From the NCBI RefSeq assembly GCF_001194135.2, contig NC_068982.1:3670480-3713627 (forward strand): a stretch of DNA of 43,148 nt, given 5' to 3'. The stretch comes from Octopus bimaculoides. Its lineage: Eukaryota. A model generated the notes under the pieces. It was not told the origin of the DNA and did no database searches. It saw nothing but the letters and a program-made list of their open reading frames with translations. The stretch's first letter is position 1; each line of letters opens with the position of its first letter. This document shows, piece by piece, positions 1-12,132 of the stretch. The position numbers and the translations under genes are program-made.

Positions 1-305
1 ATATTTGTGTATATATATATATTTGTGTGTGTATATATATATATTTGTGTGTGTGTGTGTATATATATATATTTGTGTGTGTGTATATATATATATATTT
101 GTGTGTGTATATATATATATATTTTTATGTGTATATGTATATATATTTATGTGTATATGTATATATATTTAGGTGTATATGTATATATATTTATGTGTAT
201 ATATATATTTATGTATGTGTATATGTATATATATTTATGTGTATATATATATTTATGTATGTGTATATATATATTTATGTATATGTATATATATATATAT
301 ATGTA
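1..305. repeat. Compound (TA)n/(TG)n microsatellite with higher-order ATTT(A/G)TG units
   Basis: Directly visible. It produces the spurious IYIY/CVCV ORFs. Confidence 0.95.
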
Positions 306-492
306 TGAATTAGAGCTTATGCAACCGTCTAAGGGATAGATGTATCCGTAGGCACTACTGGTGTATTACCTCCCTATGTATAGGCCTTGGTATGGGGTTA
401 ATAGTAGTTGGTAATTTAAATGGTAAACCGTGGTTTAATATACTCATATGTATATATATATATACACACAAATATATATTCATACATATACA

Positions 493-540
<48 letters not shown>

Positions 541-559
541 CTATATGTATGAATATAGA

Positions 560-645
560 TATTTTGCCGAACCGCTCAGTTACGGGGACGTAAACCAACC
601 AAGACAGGTCGTTAAGTGGTGGATAGACAAACGCAAAGATAGATA

Positions 646-650
<5 letters not shown>
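560..650 (-). mobile_element. SINE family B, internal fragment
   Basis: TTTTGCCGAACCGCTCAGTTACGGGGACGTAAAC matches the family B copy at 19733-19770. Confidence 0.7.
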
Positions 651-680
<30 letters not shown>

Positions 681-1634
681 ATGTATATGTGTTGTATATA
701 TGCGAGTGAGCAATATACTGCACTCCAATCTTGAAGGACTCGGTTTTACGTTTTTTTTTTTTTTATTCTGAACTCCGAGTGGAGGACATAAGTATGAGTC
801 GACCAAATTAACTGAAGTCTATTTAATATCAGTTAATTTATTGCAGCGTTAATTGTTGCAGGGGAGTGAATTAGTAGAAACGGTAATTCACAATACATCA
901 GAATTGCAGAGCTCTGTTTAAATGTCATCTCATTAATTTTCCATGTGTCCCCTTCCCATTTCAATGCCGTGATGTTGAAGTTAATATGAACTCTGGCAGC
1001 TGCTGTTGTTCAGGTAATTGATGTTTATTGGTGTTTTATTAGCACCAGTGCCGTTAATGGAATTAATTATAATTATATATTATCGTTATACAAAAAATAT
1101 TGGCTTTATAATCTATGACCTAAAACAAGAGTTGATTATATAAAAATGAACGACGAGGTCTCATTAAAAATATCCCTTTCTGCGCATGCGTACATGTAGG
1201 CATTTAAGTGGAAATGTACAATTGTAAAATATATGATTCTAAGCTAAAGGGAATTTGTCTTCTATCATTTTATATTTGTTTCTTTTTTTCTTTTGTTTTG
1301 ATATTGTTTGGTTTTGTTTTTTAGTCTGAAACGTATGTTGTTGAATACCTTTGTCGAACTGCTACGTCGTGAGATGTGAAACGAAACAATACAAACACCA
1401 ACACTGACGCACGCATACATATGTGCATACACACGCACATACGCACACATGTCTGTGTGAGTGTGTACATATATGTATATATATATATATATATGTGTGT
1501 GTCTGTGTGTGTGTGTGTGTGTAGATCAATAGATAGATAGATGCGTACTAAAATACATACACAGAAAGACGGACGGACATTCAGACTGGCAGACAGACAG
1601 ACCTTCATTTGATATTTATACTAATATATATATA

Positions 1635-2490
1635 NNNNNNNNNNNNNNNNNNNNNNNNNNNNNNNNNNNNNNNNNNNNNNNNNNNNNNNNNNNNNNNNNN
1701 NNNNNNNNNNNNNNNNNNNNNNNNNNNNNNNNNNNNNNNNNNNNNNNNNNNNNNNNNNNNNNNNNNNNNNNNNNNNNNNNNNNNNNNNNNNNNNNNNNNN
1801 NNNNNNNNNNNNNNNNNNNNNNNNNNNNNNNNNNNNNNNNNNNNNNNNNNNNNNNNNNNNNNNNNNNNNNNNNNNNNNNNNNNNNNNNNNNNNNNNNNNN
1901 NNNNNNNNNNNNNNNNNNNNNNNNNNNNNNNNNNNNNNNNNNNNNNNNNNNNNNNNNNNNNNNNNNNNNNNNNNNNNNNNNNNNNNNNNNNNNNNNNNNN
2001 NNNNNNNNNNNNNNNNNNNNNNNNNNNNNNNNNNNNNNNNNNNNNNNNNNNNNNNNNNNNNNNNNNNNNNNNNNNNNNNNNNNNNNNNNNNNNNNNNNNN
2101 NNNNNNNNNNNNNNNNNNNNNNNNNNNNNNNNNNNNNNNNNNNNNNNNNNNNNNNNNNNNNNNNNNNNNNNNNNNNNNNNNNNNNNNNNNNNNNNNNNNN
2201 NNNNNNNNNNNNNNNNNNNNNNNNNNNNNNNNNNNNNNNNNNNNNNNNNNNNNNNNNNNNNNNNNNNNNNNNNNNNNNNNNNNNNNNNNNNNNNNNNNNN
2301 NNNNNNNNNNNNNNNNNNNNNNNNNNNNNNNNNNNNNNNNNNNNNNNNNNNNNNNNNNNNNNNNNNNNNNNNNNNNNNNNNNNNNNNNNNNNNNNNNNNN
2401 NNNNNNNNNNNNNNNNNNNNNNNNNNNNNNNNNNNNNNNNNNNNNNNNNNNNNNNNNNNNNNNNNNNNNNNNNNNNNNNNNNNNNNNNNN
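1635..2490. other. Assembly gap flanked by (TA)n
   Basis: N run. Other gaps: 12294-12303, 18614-18736, 25245-25314, 25993-26002, 27472-27862, 37742-38090, 40038-40373. Confidence 0.99.
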
Positions 2491-2519
<29 letters not shown>

Positions 2520-2523
<4 letters not shown>

Positions 2524-2730
2524 CTTGACAGACCAGTCCGTCTGGCGTCCATTTGACACCGCTGGTCACAGCACGCTGTCCACTCCTCTCTGGATCGCGC
2601 CTTCCTCATCCACGTGGTCTCAATCGCCCTCCTAAAATAGTAACTCCACCGTCGGGGAGGCCTTTCGAGTGGTCATTTCCGCTCACGCGGGTACCACTCG
2701 ACAACTGTATGTTGTAATGTAAGAGTTGTT
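2520..2730 (-). mobile_element. RTE-clade LINE, extreme 3' fragment
   Basis: Minus strand reads VVEWYPRERK*PLERPPRRWSYYFRRAIETTWMRKARSREEWDSVL*. This fits the RTE ORF C-terminal pattern EW.PR..KR..GRP..RW...W...A..R..W. A short 3' UTR runs into (TA)n. Confidence 0.75.
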
Positions 2731-2921
2731 ACATAGGACAATCTTGGTCTAATATAGGACTCAATACGTTAGGTAGAGTGGATAGATGTACTTATTAATA
2801 TCTGGTGTTGACCCTTGGCTGAACTATTCACCACTGTCATATATTATTTATCATCTGTTATCGCTACTTTTTTTATGTTATCACAAATTTAGTTTTCCAA
2901 CCAGAAAGAATCATTTTCAAA

Positions 2922-3135
2922 AGCGGCGAGCTGGCAGAGTCGTTAGCACGCCGGACGAAATGCTTAGCGGTATTTCACCCGTCGTTACATTCTGAGTTCA
3001 AGTTCCACCGGGATCCACTTCACCTTTCGGGGTCGATTAAATAAGTACCAGTTACGCACTAAGGTCGATGTAATCGACTTAATCCCTTCCCCCAAATTTG
3101 AGGCCTTGTGCTTCTAATAGAAAAGAAAGAAACAA
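2922..3135 (+). mobile_element. tRNA-derived SINE family A (about 210 bp)
   Basis: GCGGCGAGCTGGCAGA head and B-box-like GAGTTCAAGTTCC. Clear similarity to the copies at 4716, 15849, 28534 and 36233. Confidence 0.9.
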
Positions 3136-4630
3136 CTCTGTCTAATATTTTAATTAGATTATTGGTTACCGGAGTCAATGCGAAACACTTTTTAAGGACA
3201 CCTTCTTCATTCAACATGTTAATCTTAATTCCAATGATATCTTTAAATGCAGACCATTATCTCAAACTGCAGCACTTGCAAATGTCACCCTATTTTTAAT
3301 CCTGCCGTGATTATCTACTTCCAGCCCTGCTACGATTATCTATTTCTAACTTTAATTCTACCGGATCTTAATTACACGAACACCCCATAGATTAAACGTT
3401 AATTTCCTCGTTTAACCCGTTAGCAAAATTATTTGCTTCGTGAATTTATTCCATTAACCTTATTCCACTAACTTTAACTTTTAGCATTTCATATTCTTCT
3501 TCTACATTCTCATCTTCCACGCACAGATTTTGAATTTCGTATATCTTCCGTTCAGCTTAATTCATTTATCTTTCTTCAACCACATGGAATTACTTGTACA
3601 ACACATAATCCTAAATAAGCAATTAATTAAGTCGTTTTTTGTTGCTTTTTTTTTTTAATTCTTAAACCATTTTAAAAGAAGTCATATTTAATTCTAATTA
3701 TTCTCCCTAATGGATAGGTTTTCTCCCTTGCACACACACCATTTATATTTCCAGCGTTAAATTTTCCCCTCCTTTCCTTCACTCTATTTTACTCTTTGTA
3801 ATTTTATTTCCATCAATGATAATTATCTCATCTACCAATTCCTTGACATCTCAAGTTTCGCTTAGTGGTTGGTCACAACTGCGAATATTGCCAAAAAATA
3901 CCGTCTGTTTATAAATACGTTATCAAAAGCAAAGTTCTGTTTAATATATTTTGTCGAATATGTATCCTCTGCAAGTCAAAGTTAGCGGTATGTAAGTTTT
4001 ACATGTGTACATTTTAGATGTGGACGTGGGGAGGGTTGCTGTGCAATTTTGGTTTCTAGATCTGAAGGGAAAATTGGGAATTGTTTACGTATTTCTAAAA
4101 GAAACATAATTTCTAATCATTATTTTAACAGGCTTGTACATAGTGGTGTAGAATATACGTGTTTGCTTTCTAATTGTCATTTTTTACGCTTCATTAACAG
4201 GTTCTTGAAATGGTTTGGCAGTATAAATATATTATAGGCGTTGCAGATATTCTTTAAGAACATCAACTTATTGAATTAATCTACATACATGCCTATTTGT
4301 ATATATAGTCTCTTAGTATAGATCAACTGTTCTCAACGGGAACCAAATGGACGTCAATGAATCAACACATCTCTACGGCTATACTTGTGTACACAAAGCA
4401 CACACGAATATAAATTGCATATATGCAGGTATGCAAGAACACACACATACACATATGTAGCTACATATGCAGATATACCAAAACAGACGTACATAAATAT
4501 ACATAAGTAGATGTATTCATGCCATGGATACACAAGCCTGCATGTAGATTTATAAATGCATACAGCCCAACACACACATGAATGTGTGTGTGGTGTGTGT
4601 GCATGTAAGTATGTATACATGCATATGCAC

Positions 4631-4663
<33 letters not shown>

Positions 4664-4715
4664 ATTTCGAAAACGTACATCAAGGCACTGTTTTGCAATT
4701 CTTATATAATGGTAA

Positions 4716-4928
4716 GGCGGCGAACTGGCAGAAACGTTAGCATGCCGGGCGAAATGCCTAACGATATTTCGTCTGTACATTCTGAGTTCAAATTCCACCG
4801 AGCTCGACTTTGCCTTTCATCCTTTCGGGGTCGATAAATTAAGTACCAGTTGCGTACTGGGTCGATCTAATCGACTGCCCCCCCTCTCCAAAAACTTCGG
4901 GTCTTGTGCCTAGAGTAGAAAAGAATTC
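4716..4928 (+). mobile_element. SINE family A with an 18-bp target-site duplication
   Basis: Full-length copy. AATTCTTATATAATGGTA (4697-4714) and AATTCTTACATAATTGTA (4924-4941) flank it. Confidence 0.92.
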
Positions 4929-5313
4929 TTACATAATTGTATGTATGCATATATAAATACATATACATACGTATCAACATATATACACGCATACATATAT
5001 ATGGGTATATATATATATATATATTCTTTTAATCTTTTATATGTTTCAGCCGTAAGGCATATATATGTGTATGCGTGTGTGAATATTCGCACTGGGCAAA
5101 AGGGCTAAACATCCTTTAATATTATATCGCCTAAAGAAATGAATCCATGAAGATTATCTAACCGATGCCCACGGATGCTACGGACGACACTGTAATAATC
5201 CCAGGGATACGGACTGTGATCTTAAGAGACATGTGGAAACGCGCGTAGCGATGCATTAACATGTTTATAAATTCCATTCAATGATTATTGCTATTATTAC
5301 TTTATGTATGTAT

Positions 5314-5345
<32 letters not shown>

Positions 5346-5928
5346 ACATAAAGAGAGAGGTGGGAGACAGACAGACAAACAGATATACAAGTATGTATGT
5401 AAATGGATGGATGGATGGATATATGTAGGTGTAACGTAAATCCAATATAATCCGAACAGTGTAATCTGAGAGTAAGCGGGTTTAAGTTCTGGCAGAGTGA
5501 AAAAATGCAAGGAATTATCCTTGAAGTAGTAGAAAGAACCAGCTAGAATACAAAGTTTATATTGGCTTAATGCTAAGATAGTAAGGAAACGAAATGCAGT
5601 GAAATCCGTGTGTACGTTGGACTTTGATCCGTCTTTAAAGCAAAGCAGTAAATAAAGGAAGAAAGAGAAAATTGAAGAAGGAAGAAGATCAAAAAGTTGC
5701 GAAATGAATGGCGGTCGAAGAGAGGGAGAGGAAAAGAGTTTCAGCCTGGAGAGCGATTGCAAAGGGAGATAATGTGTGAGGGTGGACTTGATGCAAGAAT
5801 TAACTGTTAACCACACACACACACACTCACACATACGTACACATACTCTTACACACATACACTCATACACACATTTGTATCTTTATTCTCTACTTATTTT
5901 TATCTGCCTTGTAATACGTAGCTGTATA

Positions 5929-6258
5929 CAGGATGGGCCAAAAGTCACGCACCAAAACATTTGATTTTTTTATTATTATTATTATTATTACTATTGAGGG
6001 TGTATGGCCTAGTGATTAGGGTCTTGCACTCAAGATCGCGACGTTGCAGTTTCAATTCCTAGGAAGATCTTCGAACCCCCTTTTGATCTTGCCCACCAGC
6101 TCGGCCTTGGTGTTGCCGGCAGAATGGTTGTTGTATTTCTCAATCACGCTCCACAAATGGCAGTCCATGGGATTATAATCAGAGGAATTATGAGGTCAGA
6201 AATTGGGAGTGGTGAAGACAGAGAAATTCTCCGACGACCATTTCTGACTCCTTCTGGA
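5929..6258 (-). mobile_element. maT-type (DD37D) Tc1/mariner 3' fragment, interrupted by (TAT)n and a SINE head
   Basis: 6058-6258 minus reads SRRSQKWSSENFSVFTTPNF*PHNSSDYNPMDCHLWSVIEKYNNHSAGNTKAELVGKIK, a decayed WPPNSPD.NP.D motif. TA|CAGGATGGGCCAAAAGTCAC at 5927-5948 resembles a Tc1/mariner TIR. Confidence 0.7.
5995..6062 (+). mobile_element. tRNA-like SINE head
   Basis: A-box-like TGGCCTAGTGATTAG and B-box-like GTTTCAATTCC. No complete cloverleaf. Confidence 0.6.
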
Positions 6259-6268
6259 GACTGTAGTA

Positions 6269-6844
6269 CAGGGGTTGGCAAACAGGGGTAAATTACTCCA
6301 AGTGGAGTAAAAGTGAAATTCTTGGGGGTAATGAGGACTCGTTAGACATAATTAAAAATTATATAAAATATTGTGTTCCTTGTCACGAGAGAAATGTTTC
6401 TTGTAGCATGAGGAGGCAGTGAAAAAGTCGCTGCCTTTTGCAACAACCTACTTTTGCGGACAAGGATTTTTCATTCTAATGAGCATAAAAGCAAAGCAGA
6501 GGAATCGATTCGACCCCGAAGACTATATCCAAATTGCTCTGCCATCCAAATGCCCCAATTTTGATGTAATTGTAACAAAAATGAAACATCATTTCTCCAA
6601 AACCTGAAGTGAAAGAGTTTCTAGAAAAATCCTTTTCTTTCGTAATGAGGATATTAATTTATTTTATTGCATTTGTTTTATACTTTTTATATTTATAATT
6701 ATATTCTCCATATAAATAGATTCAATAAACCTTTTGAATTCAAAGAATCTATAATTTTCTTCCTTTCGAATCAAGGGGGTAACGTCGGCATAAATAAATA
6801 TATTTTGGGGTTAATTGGTTCAAAAAAAAGTTCCCCGACTTCCG
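6269..6844 (+). mobile_element. hAT (Buster/Charlie group) non-autonomous deletion derivative
   Basis: Left TIR CAGGGGTTGGCAAAC; degenerate right TIR GTTCCCCGACTTCCG; GGGGTAA subterminal repeats. Internal remnant LPFATTYFCGQGFFILMSIKAKQRNRFDPED (6419-6607) is the hAT C-terminal dimerisation motif. Flanks CTGTAGTA and TTATAGTA form an 8-bp TSD-like pair. Confidence 0.85.
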
Positions 6845-6935
6845 TTATAGTAGAAAACACTTGCTCAAAGTGCCATACAGAGTGGAACCAAATCCGAAAC
6901 CATGTGATTGGGAAGGAAACTTGTTAACCACAGGG
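6845..6935 (-). mobile_element. SINE family B, tRNA-like head only
   Basis: TATAGTAGAAAACACTTGC...CCATGTGATTGGGAAG matches 19901-19980 and 22667-22750. Confidence 0.75.
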
Positions 6936-8246
6936 CCACGTTTGCGATGATCTGTATCATCCTCTGATTAAAGATTCATGCATTTTAGCTCTGCTGCTGT
7001 ATTCGTTACAAGAAACATATATACCACCATACTGGGGCTTGATGCAGATATTTTAATATGATTAACACTTCTTATTTCGAATGTAAATTTCATTTCACTC
7101 ACTGATATCTATCGCTACTCTGGATTTAAATAACTGTGGAATAGTTTGTTTTTTTTTCACGTTTACCGTAGCTACCGTTTTGTAATTTTTTTTAATCTAT
7201 ACTTTTTACATGAGGAAATATCTTCTGCTATTTTGAAAGGTTTTATTTTCAACATTATTTGTGTGTGTATTAGCAAGTGTATATGTATGCATATTTGTAA
7301 ATATTCATACATACACACATATACACACACGCGTATTGTTTTAATTCATCGCGAAACAATAATATACAGAATTCATTGCATAAACGTATTCTTTGATAAA
7401 AACTCTAATTGAATCGATGAAGATTACCATTCCTCAGAATCATGTATTGCTGCTCTTTCAGCTGGCAATCTGAGGTTGTTGCCTCTTAAATCAGTGAATT
7501 TTTGAATATATGATCATATATTATAAGAAGCCGTAGCTGAAACTGCCTGTGGTTTTATTTTTAGACAAAAGACATTGTAGCGATATATATTTGTGTGTGT
7601 GTGTGTGTGTGTACGTGTGTGTTGTATCAACATTGCGTTTCTATAGCACTTCTTTCTGACTGCCATCGTTATACTATATTCTATAAATATATCCACGGCT
7701 TTATATCATTTGTTTGTTTAGTACAAATGATGTCGCTCAAAAACCATTCTTCACCTTTCTGAAAAGAATTGACACTCCGAAATAAACGCTCTCTCTCTCT
7801 TTCTCTCTCTCCACTCAACCAGATCGATTATCAAAAAGGCTGGTTTACTTTAGCACGTACAACGTGCCAACAATTCCGTTTTCTTGTTAAACTATTTCAG
7901 AAACAAAATCCTTTTTTCGTTCAAACAAAGGCCGTACCACATTTTTGATCTCATGCTATCATTCTATAACCTTGTGCTTTATTCACAACCGACCAAGTAA
8001 TTTGGAAATGGTGCGAACTTGCTTCGCTTAAGAGCCATACAAATTTTGACGAAACCATAGCACATTTATATTAAAGTTCACAAATGAATGTTTATGCCTG
8101 TTGTAACTATATTCAAATGTCAATTTCCGTTGTTCCTATGTATTCTTTTGGTCCATCACTTTTATTTGTTTCGGCTTTTGCGCAGTATACCAACTTCACC
8201 AAAACATTTGCCGTCTCTATGTAGAGACGAATATATATATATCTAC

Positions 8247-8249
<3 letters not shown>

Positions 8250-8299
<50 letters not shown>
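8250..8299. repeat. (TA)n microsatellite, followed by a (GGTA)n tract at about 8358-8403
   Basis: Directly visible. Confidence 0.95.
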
Positions 8300-8302
<3 letters not shown>

Positions 8303-9827
8303 TACTGTTCCGTTAAGGCAGAATCAACAAAAAAGTACTCCATCCAAAATTTATATATAGGTAGGTAGGTAGGTGGGTAGGTGGTAGGTAGGTGGGTGTA
8401 GGTCGTATGTACGAATGAACTTATATGAGGATGTTAGTGCTTCAAGAATCGGAGAAACAAAGATTAACAAAGTTTTATAAAATGAGTTTATAATTGAAAG
8501 GACGAAATTGAAAAGACAAATAAAGGTCTTCTACGTTTCTAACTGTAATCCTTCTTCAAAGAAAAGAAGAGAAGCAAAGAGGAATGAAACACAAACGGAA
8601 GAGAAAAAAAAACTTCAGTGGAACGAAATTGCATGCGAAGTTATTTTAGTGAAACCAATGGAAGACGAAGAAAGAAGAGTTTTAGCTAAATGAGCGGTCT
8701 TCGAGATGGGTGATGAACGTGTGGTTCGTTGGAATGTCCCTTATGGGTGTACGTGTAGGTTTCCAAACATAGTATACCCATCTTGCCACTTTTTAATTTA
8801 TTATCTCTGTGAGATTTTAGCCATTAGCCTCTTCCCCTATTCCTTGTCCATAAACATGTTACCAAAAATTGAATACTGACCAATGTCAATTATTATTATT
8901 ATCGTGCTTAAACCCAGCTCCTCCCATTTAAAATAATTTATCCATTCTCTCTCTCTCTCCCCCGGTTGAATAGAATGCTATTTAAACATAATGCAGACCC
9001 CATATTTCACACCTCGGATAAACCGTACACCCAACAAAACTCCGACGTCACATTAAAACCATCAGATTCTTGTAGTGAGTCATTTATTCAATTAATGGTT
9101 GGATTTATTGCATATAAAAATGTTTTTCATCGTTTGTGTGTAGGTTCGAATTTAACGACGAGATAACAACGTGCTTCAAGCATCTCTTCCTACTCCCCCC
9201 CCCCTCATTTCTTTTCTCTGTATTTCTCTCGCTCTCTTCTGAACACCCACCAAAGTCGCAAATCCTTCCTTTCACTTCTTTGCCTCTCCCTTTTCCTCAT
9301 TGAAAATCTTCCTGTTTCCACTATTGTTGTCTTCAGTTTCCTTCCGCTTCTGCTTTTATTGCCCTGCAATGATTATAACTTCTCTTCCTACCACTCCCTT
9401 ATACTACCTCCTACTTTACTTCACTTGTCTCCCCACCCACCTCTTTCTCCCATTCTTTGTTTCCCCCCCCCCTCCTTCTTTCTCGCTCTCTATTTCTTAC
9501 ATCCTGTCGTCTAAGGGCCCAGTCTCCTTCACCTCTTTCTTTTACAACTTTTTTTCTTCTTCTATCTCACTTGTCACTGAAATATTAAAATCTTTATTTC
9601 GTCTTTTTCTCTCTTTTATTTCGATTATGTCTCCGTCTTCATCTCTCTATTCTTCGTCAATCTTGCTAATCTAATACTAACAACTTTTCTTACTTTATCT
9701 CTTTAATCTCTTTCTACTATTATTTAACTTTCTTTGGTAGAAAGAATTATTATGGCATTACTAGAAATAGTAGGAAGAAATCTTTAATTTTCCTTTTCTC
9801 TCTTTACCTATCACCATTTTCCTTCCT

Positions 9828-9829
<2 letters not shown>

Positions 9830-9870
<41 letters not shown>

Positions 9871-9871
9871 C

Positions 9872-9902
<31 letters not shown>

Positions 9903-9950
9903 CCTCTCTCTCTCTCTCTCTTTCTCTCTCTCTATCTCTCTCTCTCTCTG
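9830..9950. repeat. (CT)n tract inside a roughly 1-kb pyrimidine-rich low-complexity region
   Basis: Directly visible. Confidence 0.9.
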
Positions 9951-10389
9951 ACAGTCTCTTTCGCTTTTCACTTTCCTTCCAGCCTTTCTCTTTCTTTTCT
10001 CCTTCTTTTATCTCGCTTCTTTCATTTATCTTTTATGCTTCTTTATCCCCTTTATCCTTCTAATACCATCAACGCCTCTTTCATCTCCGCTTCTCTCTTC
10101 CTCTCGTCTGCATCGCAGTTTCTTCCCCCTTAAACGCTATTACGTTCTCTCCATCGCCTTCTTCCTCTTCTGGTCTTATTACATTACTTTCCTCACACCA
10201 ATCCACCTCCATACTTCTAGCATCTCCCACTATCCCTCGTTATTATCCTCTTATACGTAAGTATTCGTCTTCTGTGAGACTCTAAACTTAGTACGGCGCT
10301 AATGCTTTTAGATATGCTTGTCGTCCAGTTAACAGCTCCTCAAATATCTCTCACAGATTCTATGCCTTTGGTCATAGATCTCTTCAATA

Positions 10390-10640
10390 AAGACTGACCC
10401 GTTGACAAACAACAATGGCCCACAAGTAAAGTGGGGAGGAGAGTCTGGCAGTGGCGACCTCTGCCGTTCTTGGCCCTTCGACTACATCCTCGCGGCTATC
10501 GGAGCAGAGATGGCTGTCCGCAAGTGCGAGCTCCGGAAGCCAGAAATGCCGGTTCCAGTTCCACCGCTTCTCCCTCGCCATCCTCCGGGGCAACGCCTTT
10601 TTCATTTCGTCCGCAGGGACCGTGAGGCGATGGACTGACA
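10390..10640 (+). mobile_element. CRE-like non-LTR retrotransposon, REL endonuclease 3' fragment (frameshifted)
   Basis: Joining two + frames gives LAVATSAVLGPSTT / ILAAIGAEMAVRKCELR / FQFHRFSLAILRGNAFFISSAG. This matches the CRE C-terminal pattern A.ET.G..GP...FL..IG......R...L.QR.S.AI.RGNA. The segment is locally GC-rich. Confidence 0.75.
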
Positions 10641-10849
10641 AGACTTTTGTCTCTTAAGCATAGTAACTTAAATGGCATTAAATACAGACCAAATTTATAT
10701 ACGAAGTTTTAGGAATAGGTTCTAGTGTAATGCTGGCCGATTTTTATGGTAGCTACTTTATTGATATTAAATTTGATTGTAAGTTAAAATTTGTTATTCA
10801 GACAATCAACCAGCAAGAGAAAAATATCAACATTTACCCTTATAGTGTG

Positions 10850-11845
10850 TGTGCATGTGTCCATCAGCTGCTAAACAGTTACAGCAAACCAGTCACCAAT
10901 TGGTTCGACATGCACAACTTTTTACAAGGTATGCGTTTCTAAGAGTTGACGCCTGAAGAATTCCACAAACAAAGGAAAGAGAAGAAGTGTGTCTCACATT
11001 CGTGAGTCAACCAGAAATCTCAGTTGGAGTCAAGATTGAGGTGTTCTCTTTTAAACCCCACACTTTCATTCTCCCATAGAATGGTAAAAGTGCTTATCTT
11101 TTCATTGACCCCCGAACATCCTCAGGTTTTCCAACAGCCAATAATGTGGATCATTATCGTAAGCTTTCTTGTAGTTTATCCAGCCAACTGCCGATTCTTT
11201 TTTCTTATTCGTGCCCCATTCAACATCGTGTTATCAATATACACATCATCAGTTTCCTTAGATCCCGCAGCCTTTTTCTAGAAATCTATACATTTCCGTT
11301 AATGATTTTCAGGCCAGTTAAAAATTTCCAAAGTAAAGGTAAGCAAGTAACAGGTCTTTAATTATAACTCCCCCCCCCCGCTTTTCCTTGTCTTTCACAA
11401 TCAGCAGAGTCTTTCCTTTTGCCATCGCCATCGATGCTCCATTTTTTATGCGGTCAGCAAAAAACTGTTGCATATGGCTGTGTATACCTGAGAGGTTTTT
11501 TTAACTATAATCCCCGAACACCATCTGCTCCAAGGGTTTTTTGTTTTGATATTTTCTTAAGCCTTTCTTTCATTTCCTGATCTGCAATATTTACATTTTC
11601 TTATTTTCACCTATTTTCCATTTCACTTCGAAATTTTCCGCATCCAGTTGGCTTCCATATTATGCTGAGAGTCTTTGTTCCAAAATCTGACCAAAAGTTC
11701 CTTACAGCTTCAGCATCAGCCACATCACTTCTCTGACGGTCATTCTCTGTTTCACTCCCGTTGGCTAAAGACATCGTTCCCATCTGTCTTCGTGCCATTT
11801 ACAAACATTTCGGCCTCTGAGTAACATCTGTGACATTTCAACAAA
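10850..11845 (-). mobile_element. R4/Dong-clade LINE, degraded reverse transcriptase region
   Basis: Minus strand has VADAEAVRNFWSD (pre-RT region), YN*RPVTCLPLLWKFLTG (11311-11366) and WINYKKAYD (11155-11185). Many stops and frameshifts. Confidence 0.8.
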
Positions 11846-11848
11846 TTA

Positions 11849-11897
11849 ATACGCGCGCGCGCGCGCGTGTGTGTGTGTGTGCGCGCGCGCGCATATA
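11849..11897. repeat. (GC)n(GT)n(GC)n alternating purine-pyrimidine tract
   Basis: Directly visible. Confidence 0.9.
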
Positions 11898-12132
11898 CTG
11901 AAAAGAGAGGCAACTCCAAACTGGTTACAAGACAAGGTTTTTATCTTTTAGAAAGCGAAGGAGGACGCTTCGAACAGACATTGATGTATTTATACCTTTT
12001 CTACAGCGAGAATAATCGCCTTGACAAACTTCAGCAGTTAACCTTCTTACGGGTTCAAATGCCTCAAACATATTTGAACGGATAACAACTTTATATTAAC
12101 CTCAATCACTGCTCATACATACATACATACAA

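Noticed and set aside
7-709. ORFs of IY/CV/TH dipeptides here and at about 16.7-17.6, 37.7-38.2, 39.9-40.6 and 42.5-42.9 kb
   Set aside because: These are translations of dinucleotide microsatellites, which lack stops in most frames.
910-1013. Candidate exon ending CAG|GTAATT
   Set aside because: There is no polypyrimidine tract, and an open frame this short is expected by chance.
1609-2569. ORFs over 300 aa
   Set aside because: They consist almost entirely of N-gap codons.
3830-4350. Possible Penelope GIY-YIG remnant
   Set aside because: No diagnostic motif could be recovered in any frame.
5265-5870. 201-aa minus-strand ORF
   Set aside because: It begins and ends in microsatellites, is low in complexity and has no recognisable domain.
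8706-8783. Possible C/D snoRNA (GTGATGA with a terminal AGATGGG/CCCATCT stem)
   Set aside because: There is no CTGA D box before the 3' stem.
10384-10678. Host coding exon in the GC-rich patch
   Set aside because: It is better explained as a frameshifted CRE-like REL endonuclease fragment.
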